Assembly (NCBI RefSeq): GCF_001194135.2
Contig: NC_069008.1
Span: forward strand, 16,515,681-16,558,834
Source of the DNA: Octopus bimaculoides
Lineage: Eukaryota
Direction of reading: 5' to 3'
DNA: 43,154 nucleotides
A program made the position numbers and the translations under genes. The stretch's first letter is position 1. Each line of letters opens with the position of its first letter. Shown piece by piece: positions 12,884 to 24,051 of this stretch. Under the pieces are notes generated by a model. The model did no database searches, had not been told where the DNA came from, and saw only the letters and a program-made list of their open reading frames with translations.

Positions 12884-14769
12884 TCAAACTAGTAAATAAT
12901 ATTTGCGGTTCCATTCTTCTTAGATTCAACTCCTCCCATTGCAACTGATCTTCATATATAAAGAGATAGTCTATCTATTTTTTTTTTTTTTTTGTTTCTT
13001 GGTTGATCGGATCAACTGGAACCCTCAACGTCGTAAGCGATGAAGTGCCAACAACAAGATATCCTGTACTTAATGTGTATTTTTAAATATATATATAACG
13101 GAAGTGATATGAGGATAATGTGTAAATGGATATATATACAACTGGAACCCTCGTCGTCATTGTAACTGACAAAGTGCCACGAGTATTTACCGGATGTACT
13201 TGCCATGACCTATTGGGTCACCACCAAGCCAGGTTAAAATTACACCCGAGAAATTAATTGGAAAACAAAAGCAAAAATGGAAAAAAAAACATGCATTCAT
13301 TTAAGGTTACGTAAATTTTATCCAATCAAAAGTTTTTCCCTTGCTTACATTTCATATGTGCTAATTGCCATTGCTATGGAGAATAGGATGTTGAGGGCTG
13401 GATAAAGACCCATGGAGGCCCTAAGCGCTTCAAAGATTTTGGTGCTCCCACATACATGTAATTCAAAATGAAACCGAATAACAATAAGATGGAAAATAAA
13501 GTTTATCCTTGCAGTTTATTCATATTTGAAAAGTTTTCTCTTTTTATTTTAATTGCAAAATCTTTGATCGGATCCTCAAAATTAATTTTATGTAACACAT
13601 TTGCTTCTACACTTTGCAGAGACAGCACGTTTTAAATATTGGTTTAGTAAGTTTAAAGTGATTTTTTTTTGTGCTGTAAACCATTTACCATTTCTGCGGA
13701 GCCCCTCCCTTTCCCTTGAAGCCCTAAGCACATGATTATTTTATTTAATGATTAATCCTATACTGAGAACAACCAATAGACACAACAAAGGCAAAACCTT
13801 CACATGGTCTCATGACATGCAAGAAATAGCAGCCATATATCACTTCAACTATGCAATAATGTCTGAAGGGCATAAGAGCGAAGTTTTTTGATAATGTGTT
13901 GACAGGAGGAAGGAACAGGTAGAAAAAAGTGACAATTGGGAAATTAGCAATTAACGATTGAGAAACAAACAAAGAAAATTCAAACACTGGAAAATGAAAA
14001 GCTGAGACAGTGTGAAAGGGTTAGATTGTGATTGATTTCATGAACTGTGAGGAGACCCTTGGAAATTCTCACTTCAAGTAACTGGAAGAGATTCTGTGAC
14101 ATTCATGTTTTATAGCTTTTATTGTTTACCCAAATAAATCACTTACATGTGAACATTTGTTGTTCCGTTATTGGAAACCCTCAGTTATATGGGACAAAGG
14201 TCCCAGTAGTCCTTCTTTGAAGCAAGCACTCAAGTCCCTGCAGAGTGCGACATTTTAGCTTGAATAAAATAAAGGATGTTGTGGCATCTTTTTTCTGTTA
14301 CTTCTTTCAGTCACTTGACTGTGGCCATGCTGGGGCATCACCTTGAAAGATTTTAGTTCATAGTAAAGTCGGAAGCTATCAGTTGGGTTATTACACAAGG
14401 AATAATGATTGTTGGTTTGTAAATAGATTTGTTAGTTCGTTACATTGTTGTGACTGTTGTCTGGTTATCTTATTTATTGTACACAACAACTACATTACAA
14501 CAAAGCCAGAGACATTTAGAACCCATTTTGACAATGTAGACTGGAATGAAACTGGATCTGAACAGAACATCATATCTGTATATTGTAAGGGGCTACAAAC
14601 AGAATGCTGTCAGAAAACTGTACTTCAAACAAAGAACCATGAGGAGTATGGTTAAAGTGAAGGCTTTACACATTACTGTGAAGACCACAGGGCTAACTCG
14701 TGATTTATCTGGAAAAGATGTGAAAATGCTGGTTCTTAAGGAATACAAGGAATTTTAAGAATGACATGG

Positions 14770-15537
14770 TCACACTTTTGTATGGATAGACATATGTTTA
14801 GTTAAGTTACAGTTTTGAGAGAATGATTTACCACATGTATCACAGTGATATGGCTTCTCTCCTGTATGAATAGGTTTGTGTGCAGTAAAGCCGGATAACT
14901 GAGAGAATGATTCGCCACAAATATTGCAGTGAAATGGCTTCTCTCCTGTATGAATACGTTTGTGTGTAGTTAAGTTACTGCTTGCAGAGAATGATTTACC
15001 ACAGACGTGACAATGAAATGGCTTCTCTCCTGTATGAACACGTTTGTGTGTAGTTAAGTTACCAGTTTTAGAGAATGATTTACAACAAACATCACAGCGA
15101 AATGGCTTCTCTCCTGTATGAATACGCTTGTGTACAGTAAAGTCAGATAATTGAGAGAAGGATTTGCCACAGATATCACAGTGAAATGGCTTCTCCCCAG
15201 TATGAATACGTTTGTGTATAGTTAAGCCAGATAACTGAGAGAAGGATTTGCCGCAGATATCACAGTGAAATGGCTTCTCTCCTGTATGTATACGTCTGTG
15301 AACAGATAAATGGCTACTTTGAGGGAATGATTTGCCACAGATATCACATTGAAATGGCTTCTCTCCTGTATGTATACGTTTGTGTTTAGTTAAGTGAATA
15401 CTTTGAGAGAATAATCTACCACAGATATCACACTCAAATGGCTTCTCTCCTGTATGCATACGTCTATGACTAGTTAGGTTATGTTTTTGAGTATAAGACT
15501 TTTCACAGATATGACACTGATATGCTGATTGTGACAT
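14770..15537 (-). CDS. C2H2 zinc-finger protein C (255 aa, 9 fingers)
   Basis: Intact ORF ending in the family terminal finger ...KHMSIHTKV. Confidence 0.92.
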   Translation of the reverse strand: MSQSAYQCHICEKSYTQKHNLTSHRRMHTGEKPFECDICGRLFSQSIHLTKHKRIHTGEKPFQCDICGKSFPQSSHLSVHRRIHTGEKPFHCDICGKSFSQLSGLTIHKRIHTGEKPFHCDICGKSFSQLSDFTVHKRIHTGEKPFRCDVCCKSFSKTGNLTTHKRVHTGEKPFHCHVCGKSFSASSNLTTHKRIHTGEKPFHCNICGESFSQLSGFTAHKPIHTGEKPYHCDTCGKSFSQNCNLTKHMSIHTKV

Positions 15538-16589
15538 CTCTTCAGAATAAAATTATATTCTTCGTCTATCTTAAATAATCCATCTGTCCCTTATCTTACT
15601 TCAATCACCACAACATATGTCCTACAATTTATTCCTAATAAATATTGCTATTGTTCTCTTTCCATCAACTGTAATCCTTCTTAATGTCTGAAAATACTCT
15701 GAGATTCCTTTTAAAATTATCCAAGTTTAACTAAAGTAGAAAATAATCTTGTAGACATTCCAAACATTTCACAAGAGAAAACATATTTCACTAGCATTCT
15801 CTTGAGTTCTTAAATCAGTTCTGCACAACATTTTCTTTCAGTCTTTAAAAGGTGATGAATATCGATGATGTTATCTGATGGAAATAATGCTTTGATGCCA
15901 ATGTCATGTGATATTCTCTGAAATAAAAGAGAGAAACAACAGTGTAAGACATAGAGGATACTTTGAAAAAGACAGATTAAAAACAGTGGATTACAAGTTC
16001 CATCTGCAAAACAACGTGACCAGAACCACAACGGACAACGTCAAAAACCTTAAGGCATTTAAGCAGTTTGGTAGAAAATATGAAAAAGCAACAATACATG
16101 TCAGAGACAAAGAAACGGGAACGGTATTGGATGGTGTGGGATATGCTAAAAACAACAGCTAACTCGTCCTTAAATCACACACAAAATGTTTTTTTTTCTT
16201 TTTCATGAATTACTGTGTGTAAAACAGAAATTCGTAGAATTTTTTTTTAAATCCCATAAAATAAAATGCCATGAGTGGTAGTATGGGGCGGCGTGCTTAA
16301 ACCAGAATTTCGCCGGATAGGAAGCACTTCTGACACAAACCTGTATGATTCCGCTCAATTACTGAAACCAGACATTAACGCTCGATGAATAATAAAGAAA
16401 GAGAAAGGTCAATTCTCCCAATTCTTCATGTAAAATCCTCCCCCATTTCCGCTCACTTGACCTCCCCCAGACACATATAGACTTAAAGCGCCTTATTAAC
16501 ACGAATTTGACATTTAGGGCAGTAAAAGCAAAAATAACGGGTCTATAAAGCAATCTGTTTCCTAGTTCTTTATTGCCCACAAGGGGCCA

Positions 16590-16775
16590 AACAAGGACAG
16601 ACAAAGGGACTAAGTCGATTACATCGACTCCAGTGCATAACTGGTACTTTATTTATCGACCCCGAAAGGATGAAAGTCAAAGTCGACCTCGGCGGAGTTT
16701 GAACTCGGAACGTAGCAGCAGACGAAATACTGCATTTCGCCCGGCGTGCTAACCACTCTGACAGCTCGCCGCCTT
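16590..16775 (-). mobile_element. tRNA-derived SINE in the ZNF-C intron
   Basis: Reverse complement has ggcggcgagctgtcagagtggttag (A box) and gagttcaaactcc (B box). Confidence 0.75.
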
Positions 16776-17033
16776 TACTCTATGAAGTAATCTGTTTCCT
16801 TTTATCGTTTCGTATGTAACAATGGATTGTCTTTTCGAAAATAACAGATCAATATTTCAGTTTGAAAGAATTATCCTGGAGGTAAAAGCCAGCAAAACGA
16901 CGACTTGCAGCAGCAAATTCCGATGTTTCTATGTGTTTTCACTTGTATTGGATTACTTATCGTTGACGGGTTCACATAATAACAATTCTATTATTTACAC
17001 CAATTTATTACGGATTTATTATTATTCAAGTAA

Positions 17034-17170
17034 ACTTACCATACATCACATGAAGTCAGTCAGTGTCCGATTAGCAATTATATCGATGTTAATGATGTAC
17101 GTTGTACTCGGTATGAAGTTGTTCCCCTTGATATGTTATGTATTTCCTCAATTCTCCGAGAGATGGAGAA
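17034..17170 (-). promoter_or_regulatory. ZNF-C putative promoter and exon 1; donor G|GTAAGT at 17039
   Basis: Conserved block; acceptor TTTCAG ends at 15918. Confidence 0.65.
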
Positions 17171-17315
17171 ACAAGGTTGCTAATTAAAACTTGTTAAAAG
17201 CACTAATTAAAAGTGTAAAAGTCTCTACAAAATAGCATGTAAACGAAAACTCACATAAATACGTGTAATTACGAAATGATTTATATGGAAAAATTTAGCT
17301 GTAATTGAATTAAAA

Positions 17316-17552
17316 TCAAATTAACATAATTCCTTTACATTTTACTCCATTAAATCTTGTCAGACATAGAAGCCGCTGTTTCCCATCATCTCTATAATCA
17401 ATACAATATTTACCACTTCGTTGAAGTCCATATTTGATGTTAAATATTTCTCTTAGTGTTTCCATGCTAAGACTATTGAGTTTATTTGGTTTCATAAAAT
17501 TTATGTGGCTTAATACTCTGTCCACATCACCATACGTGTGTGGCATTAAAAA
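17316..17552 (-). mobile_element. hAT-family transposase C-terminal (dimerisation-domain) remnant
   Basis: LMPHTYGDVDRVLSHINFMKPNKLNSLSMETLREIFNIKYGLQRSGKYCIDY resembles the LPHSNAxVERxFSxxNxxKxKxRN...IxYGL..GKCC end of hAT transposases (recognised from memory, not searched). Confidence 0.65.
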
Positions 17553-17667
17553 AAAGATGAAATGAAAGCATCTCAGATGTATGTTTTTATTGGATTTTAT
17601 CCGATTGAAAATTACGGTACTTGAATCCAAATAGAAACTGTGCCCTCCGTACTTTTAGGAATGTTAT

Positions 17668-17782
17668 TCGGCACTGTCATGCTATTAGCTGTCAGAAGTG
17701 AAAGTGCTCACTGCTAGTGAAGTATCTGTCTGTCTGCCTGTCGATTCTTTGGCTACTGACAGCTAATACCATGACTGGCCGG
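17668..17782. repeat. Small inverted-repeat element
   Basis: cggcactgtcatgctattagctgtcag ... ctgacagctaataccatgactggccg. Confidence 0.65.
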
Positions 17783-18950
17783 AGCGAGTTATATGTCTGT
17801 CTGTCTCTCTATCTATCTATTACTCGAAAGTTATTGGAACAAATTTGACACCTATATCCATGCGTTTGAAAACACACAGAGTATAAGGGTACTACTAAAG
17901 CAGAGTGGTCCCGAACGCGCAGTCGCGCTAGCTAGTCGTGAGTGGTCGATCCTATTATTTTTAAACTTCAAACTTCATTTGTTTTCTATTTTGATAAATT
18001 CTCTCTGTTGAAAATTANNNNNNNNNNNNNNNNNNNNNNNNNNNNNNNNNNNNNNNNNNNNNNNNNNNNNNNNNNNNNNNNNNNNNNNNNNNNNNNNNNN
18101 NNNNNNNNNNNNNNNNNNNNNNNNNNNNNNNNNNNNNNNNNNNNNNNNNNNNNNNNNNNNNNNNNNNNNNNNNNNNNNNNNNNNNNNNNNNNNNNNNNNN
18201 NNNNNNNNNNNNNNNNNNNNNNNNNNNNNNNNNNNNNNNNNNNNNNNNNNNNNNNNNNNNNNNNNNNNNNNNNNNNNNNNNNNNNNNNNNNNNNNNNNNN
18301 NNNNNNNNNNNNNNNNNNNNNNNNNNNNNNNNNNNNNNNNNNNNNNNNNNNNNNNNNNNNNNNNNNNNNNNNNNNNNNNNNNNNNNNNNNNNNNNNNNNN
18401 NNNNNNNNNNNNNNNNNNNNNNNNNNNNNNNNNNNNNNNNNNNNNNNNNNNNNNNNNNNNNNNNNNNNNNNNNNNNNNNNNNNNNNNNNNNNNNNNNNNN
18501 NNNNNNNNNNNNNNNNNNNNNNNNNNNNNNNNNNNNNNNNNNNNNNNNNNNNNNNNNNNNNNNNNNNNNNNNNNNNNNNNNNNNNNNNNNNNNNNNNNNN
18601 NNNNNNNNNNNNNNNNNNNNNNNNNNNNNNNNNNNNNNNNNNNNNNNNNNNNNNNNNNNNNNNNNNNNNNNNNNNNNNNNNNNNNNNNNNNNNNNNNNNN
18701 NNNNNNNNNNNNNNNNNNNNNNNNNNNNNNNNNNNNNNNNNNNNNNNNNNNNNNNNNNNNNNNNNNNNNNNNNNNNNNNNNNNNNNNNNNNNNNNNNNNN
18801 NNNNNNNNNNNNNNNNNNNNNNNNNNNNNNNNNNNNNNNNNNNNNNNNNNNNNNNNNNNNNNNNNNNNNNNNNNNNNNNNNNNNNNNNNNNNNNNNNNNN
18901 NNNNNNNNNNNNNNNNNNNNNNNNNNNNNNNNNNNNNNNNNNNNNNNNNN

Positions 18951-19345
18951 CCCCCACTTCCAAATTTCACTCATCCCTGACGAAAAATACTCCTCCATTA
19001 ATGTTCTGACCGTGTCTACAGAATTCATATTTTCTCATCCAAATGATTTTGGAGACTGTGAAATAAACAATAATCAGACGGGACCAATGTCTGGTGGATA
19101 TGGCAGTTGGGGCACCATTTCTCATTAAATCTGCCCCAGCCATTGGAATATCATACTTGATGTCTGTAGCCAAGCATTATCCTGATGGAAGAACACCTTT
19201 CATCTTCAAACCAAAGATGGTCATTTATCTTCAAGTGCTGGCTGCAAATGCTCCACCTGCTCACAGTAGATCTCCTTTGTTTTCATTTGGTTTGGGTTTA
19301 AAACTTCAAAGTGGACTAAACCTTTCATATCCTAGCAAACAGATA
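18951..19345 (-). mobile_element. Degenerate mariner (DD34D-type) transposase remnant
   Basis: LSVC*DMKGLVHFEVLNPNQ...YCEQ...VFFHQDNA...LPYPPDIGPSDYCLFHSLQNHL...EYFSS, with stops and frameshifts; matches the mariner HDNA and YSPDLAPSDY motifs. Confidence 0.85.
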
Positions 19346-19429
19346 ACAACATGATATGGCTACTCTCCTGTATAAGTATGTTGGTGCGCAGTGACTTGAC
19401 TATTTCAAGGGAATGATTAACTATACATG
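19346..19429 (-). pseudogene. Decayed 10th finger of ZNF-D
   Basis: A 2-nt deletion creates the TGA; remnant ...CACCAACATACTTATACAGGAGAGTAGCCATATCAT follows. Confidence 0.75.
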
Positions 19430-20221
19430 TCAGTGAAATGGCTTCTCTCCTGTATGAATACGTTTGTGTCTAGTTAAGTTAGAGCTTGCAGAGAATGATT
19501 TACCACAGATATCACAGTGAAAGGGCTTCTCTCCTGTATGAATACGTATGTGTACAGTTAAGCTAGATATCTGAGAGAATGATTTCTCACAAATATCACA
19601 CTGAAATGGTGTCTCGCCTGTATGAATACGTTCATGAACAGTTAAGTCAGTTCCGCGAGAGAACGATTTGTCACAGATATCACAGTGAAATGGCTTCTCC
19701 CCTGTATGTATACGCTTGTGTTCAGTTAAGCCAGATAACTGAGAGAATGATTTGCCACAGATATCACAGTGAAATGGCTTCTCCCTTGTATGAATACGTT
19801 TGTGTACAGTTAAGGCAGTTATCTGGGAGAATGAATTACCACAAATATCACATTGAAATGGCTTTTCCCCTGTATGACTACGTTTGTGTGCAGTTAAGAC
19901 ATTTCCATGAGAGAATGATTTACCACAAATATTACAGTGAAATGGCTTCTCTCCTGTATGATTACGTTTGTGTACAGTTAAGCTATACACTCGAGAGAAT
20001 GATTTGCCACAGATATCACAGCAAAATGGCTTCTCTCCTGTATGAATACGTTTATGTGCAGTGAAGCCAGATAACTGAGTGAATGATTTACTACAAATAT
20101 CACAGTGAAATGGCTTCTCTCCTGTGTGAATACGCCTGTGAGTAGTTAGATTACATTTCTGAGTGAAAGTCTTTTTACAGATATCACACTGATATGTTGA
20201 TTGTGGTTTCTTTTGTGACAT
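19430..20221 (-). CDS. C2H2 zinc-finger protein D (263 aa, 9 fingers, 3'-truncated)
   Basis: Intact fingers; ends HTGEKPFH* without the family terminal finger or 3' UTR. Confidence 0.85.
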   Translation of the reverse strand: MSQKKPQSTYQCDICKKTFTQKCNLTTHRRIHTGEKPFHCDICSKSFTQLSGFTAHKRIHTGEKPFCCDICGKSFSRVYSLTVHKRNHTGEKPFHCNICGKSFSHGNVLTAHKRSHTGEKPFQCDICGNSFSQITALTVHKRIHTREKPFHCDICGKSFSQLSGLTEHKRIHTGEKPFHCDICDKSFSRGTDLTVHERIHTGETPFQCDICEKSFSQISSLTVHIRIHTGEKPFHCDICGKSFSASSNLTRHKRIHTGEKPFH

Positions 20222-21987
20222 CTCTTCAGAATAAGAATATATTCTTCAACTATCTTAAATAATCAATTTGTCCATTATCTTACTTCAATCACTGCAACTT
20301 ATGTCCTACAACTTATTCCTAACAAGTATTGCTATTGCTCTCTTTCCATCAACAGGAATCCTCCTTGATATCTGAAAATACTCTGAGATTCCTTTTAAAA
20401 TTATCCAAGTTTAACTTCAGTACAAAATAATCTTGTAGATATTCCAAACATTGAAGAAGAGAAATGTTCTCAGTTGAGAAGAAATATTTCACTGGAATTC
20501 TCTGGTGTTCTTAAATCTCTTCTGTACAATATTTTCTTTCAGTCTTTAAAAGGTGATGAATATTGATGATGTCATCTGATGGAAATGATGCTTTGATGCC
20601 AATGTCATGTGATATTGTCTGAAATAAAAGAGAGAAACAACAATGTAAGATATAGAGGACACTTTGGAAAAAAGAGATTAAAAACAGTGGATCACTACTA
20701 ACACCAATATCACCATTATGTTGGTTTGGGAATACAAATAAGATTTTTAAGACTGTGCCTCTCAAAACATGTGTATGTACATATATATGTGTGGGTGTAA
20801 GTATATATATATATATATGTATACTAGTGGGCCTCCCAGGTCAAGCATATTCATAACGCACATATTGACAGATATCGTAATGTCCATTTTCCTTACCATA
20901 AAAGTTGCTAAAAGGTATTTCAATATTGCATAACATAATTTTTAACATTTATTTACAATACATCCCCAAATTTCACTTTATCATAGCTTAACGTCCGCTT
21001 TCCCTGCTGTCGGGCGGCACTGGAATGGTGATTTTTACATGAAATCAGGTGGGGTACTCTTGTGTAGGTATGCCCTATCTGTGAAAAGCATTACAGTTAA
21101 ATAGACAACGCGTCGATGTGCTAGAAATAAGAGCCAATACACCGTTAACTGCCTACCTCTTCCGTTTTTCGAAATAATAAGTGTATAGTTATCTGCAGAA
21201 TGTCCAAATTAATTGAAAAGACATAAAAAAAATATTAATATTATTAATTTCCATTAGCGTTTTCAGTGGTCAACACAAACTTTGCATTTTATAAAGATAT
21301 AGAAGATAGATATACATATATATAAAGGACCGGGAGATGTGAGGATCTGCTGTACGGCATAACTACAAGGTTTTACTCCCCAGACTTTAGGACGTAAGCT
21401 TCTCCTTTCTGGCGCCAGTGCCATATAAAAGACAAAAACACAACAAAAATAATTCAGAAAAATTGACAAAATGAAAACGTTATGAAAGGCGATATTTCAC
21501 AGGAGAGGAAGCACTTGTGACACGAACCTGTATGCTTAAGCTCCACAACATTCGACTAGAATCTGCTGAAACCAGACATTATGAACGAGAAAGAAAGATA
21601 AAGTTCGAATTCCTGCTTCTTCGTGTGTCTTACTCCCCCATTTTCGTTCGCTTCACCGCTCCCAGACAGACACAAACTTCCTCAATCTTCACAGGCAGAT
21701 ATTGTATACATAGACTTACAGCCACCTATTACCACGAATTTGATATTTAGGACAGTAAAAGCGACAATAACCTGCATTTCTATATAATAATCTGTCTCGC
21801 TATATTGTTTCACATATAACAATGGATTGCGTCTTTTCGAAAAGACAGCAAAACGACGACTTGCAGGAGCAAATATCTTTGTTCCAATGTCATGTGTTTC
21901 CACTCGTTGAAGGGTTCACAAAATGACATTTCTATTTATTTACACACCTTATTACTGATTTATCATTATTCAAGTAAGCCTTTGTCA

Positions 21988-22135
21988 ACTTACCGATCGT
22001 CACAGGGAATCGGTCAGTGCCCGATTAGCCGTAACATCGAAGTCATTAAGTGATGTATGTTGTACTCAGTATGAAGTTGTTTCCCCTTTATATCTCGTCT
22101 TCCCTTCTTCGGTCCCTGCGAGAGGAGGAAACAGG
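21988..22135 (-). promoter_or_regulatory. ZNF-D putative promoter (TATAAAGGGG at 22092-22083) and exon 1; donor G|GTAAGT at 21993
   Basis: Conserved block; acceptor ends at 20619. Confidence 0.65.
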
Positions 22136-22309
22136 ATTGCGAATTAAAACTTGGGGAAAGCGAAAAACTGTATAAAATGAAAAATCTAATAAATACGTGT
22201 CATTACGAAATGATTTGCACGGAAAAATCCATACATTTTACTCCATAATATTTTGTTAGATAAAAAAAAAAGCCGCTGTTCCCATCAATTCTATAATCAA
22301 TACAATACT

Positions 22310-22500
22310 GTGGAGGCGCAATGACCCAGTGGTTAGGGCAGCGGACTCGCGGTTTCGATTCCCAGACCGGGTGTCATGGGTACACGTGTCTGTGGAGTGC
22401 TCAGCCACTTGCACGTTAATTTCACGAGCAGGCCGTTCCGTTGATCGGATCAACTGGAACCCTCGACGTCGTAAGCGACGGAGTGCCAACAACAACAACA
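22310..22500 (+). mobile_element. Internally deleted tRNA-SINE with (CAA)n tail at the D/E junction
   Basis: A box tgacccagtggttagg, B box ggtttcgattccc, aacaacaacaac tail. Confidence 0.85.
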
Positions 22501-22504
22501 ATTA

Positions 22505-22617
22505 TTTTTCCCTCTCGCGGGAAATGAAGGAAATACATAACATATAAAGGGGAACAACTTCATACCGAGTACGACTTTGATCGGGCATTGACTGATTCCA
22601 TGCGAGGAACGGTGAGT
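22505..22617 (+). promoter_or_regulatory. ZNF-E putative promoter (TATAAAGGGG at 22543) and exon 1; donor G|GTGAGT at 22612
   Basis: Conserved block; acceptor ends at 23710. Confidence 0.65.
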
Positions 22618-22684
22618 TGACAAAGATTTATTTAAATAATAAATCTGTAATAGTGTGTGTAAATCATAGAATTGCTATGTGAAC

Positions 22685-23023
22685 CCTTCGCTTACGACGT
22701 CGAGGGTTCCAGTTGATCCGATCGTGAAATTAACGTGCAAGTGGCTGAGCACTCCACAGACACGTGTACCCTTAACGTAGTTCTCGGGGATATTCAGCGT
22801 GACACAGTGTGACAAGGCTGACCCTTTGAATTACAGGCACAACAGAAACAGGAAGAAAGAGTGAGAGAAAGTTGTGGTGGAAGAGTACAGCAGGGTTCGC
22901 CACCATCCCCTGCCGGAGCCTCGTGGGGCTTTTAGGTGTTTTCGCTCAATAAACACTCATAACGCCCGGTCTGGGAATCGAAACCGCGAGTCCGCTGCCC
23001 AAACCACTGGGCCATTGCGCCAC
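22685..23023 (-). mobile_element. tRNA-SINE in the ZNF-E intron, inverted relative to 22310-22500
   Basis: Same family and same head sequence ggactcgcggtttcgattccc. Confidence 0.85.
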
Positions 23024-24051
23024 TACAGTAATTCTATAGAAGTAAATACACAACAATATTTGAACGAAAGATATTTGCATCCATCAGTCGTAATTTTGCT
23101 GACTTTTGCCTTCGGGGTAATATTTCTAGACTGAAATGTTGATATTTTCGAAAAGACGCAATCCATTCTTACTTGTGAAACGATATAATGAGACAGATTA
23201 TTTTATATAACAGTTATTATCGCTTTTACTGCCCAAAATGTCAAATTCGTGTTGATATGGCGCTAGCGCTATAAGTTTGTATACACCCCTTCTCTTACAT
23301 GTATTACAACTTCAACTAATATTTTCTATTCGTGAAGTGATATTTGCTGGTATATTGTAAGTAAATGTTAAAAATTATGTTTTGCATTGCTGAAATACCA
23401 CCTTCTAACAACTTTTATTGTATGGAGAATGGGCAGTACGATATATGCCAAAATGTGCCATATAAATATGTTTGAAGCCAAGAAGCCTGCTAGTATACAT
23501 ACATGCATGCATACATACATGTATATACACGCACACTCACTCACAACGACATATACACATGTTTTAAGAGGCACAGTCTTTAAAAGCACATCGGTATTTC
23601 AAGAGCAACATAATGGTTATGTGGGTATTAGTAATGATCCACTGTTTTTAATCTCTTTTTTTCAAAGTGTCCTCTATATCTTAGACTGTTGTTTCTCTCT
23701 TTTATTTCAGAGAATATCACATGATGTTGGCATCAAAGCATTGTTTCCATCAGATAACATCGTTAATATTCATCACCTTTTCAAGTCTGACAGAAAATGT
23801 TATACAGAACAAATTTAATATCTACAAAATTATTTTGCACTGGAGTTAAACTTGGATAATTTTAAAAGGAATCTGAGTATTTTCAGACATTAAGAAGGAT
23901 TACCGTTGATGGAAAGAGAAAAATAGTATTTGTTAGGAATAATCTGTACGACAAGAACAAAAACTGTATCCACTTACGTTGTGTTGATTGAAGTAAGATA
24001 AGAGACAGACGGACTATTTAAGATAGATGAATATAATTTTATTCTGAAGAG

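Noticed and set aside
19579-20064. Antisense ORFs such as [17 protein letters not shown] (also at 9781, 10494, 24212, 24548, 36095)
   Set aside because: They are the reverse-complement shadow of the repetitive finger codons and have no independent coding signal
22312-22375. tRNA gene (also SINE heads at 23023, 32108, 34195)
   Set aside because: A and B boxes are present but there is no full cloverleaf, and each continues into a SINE body
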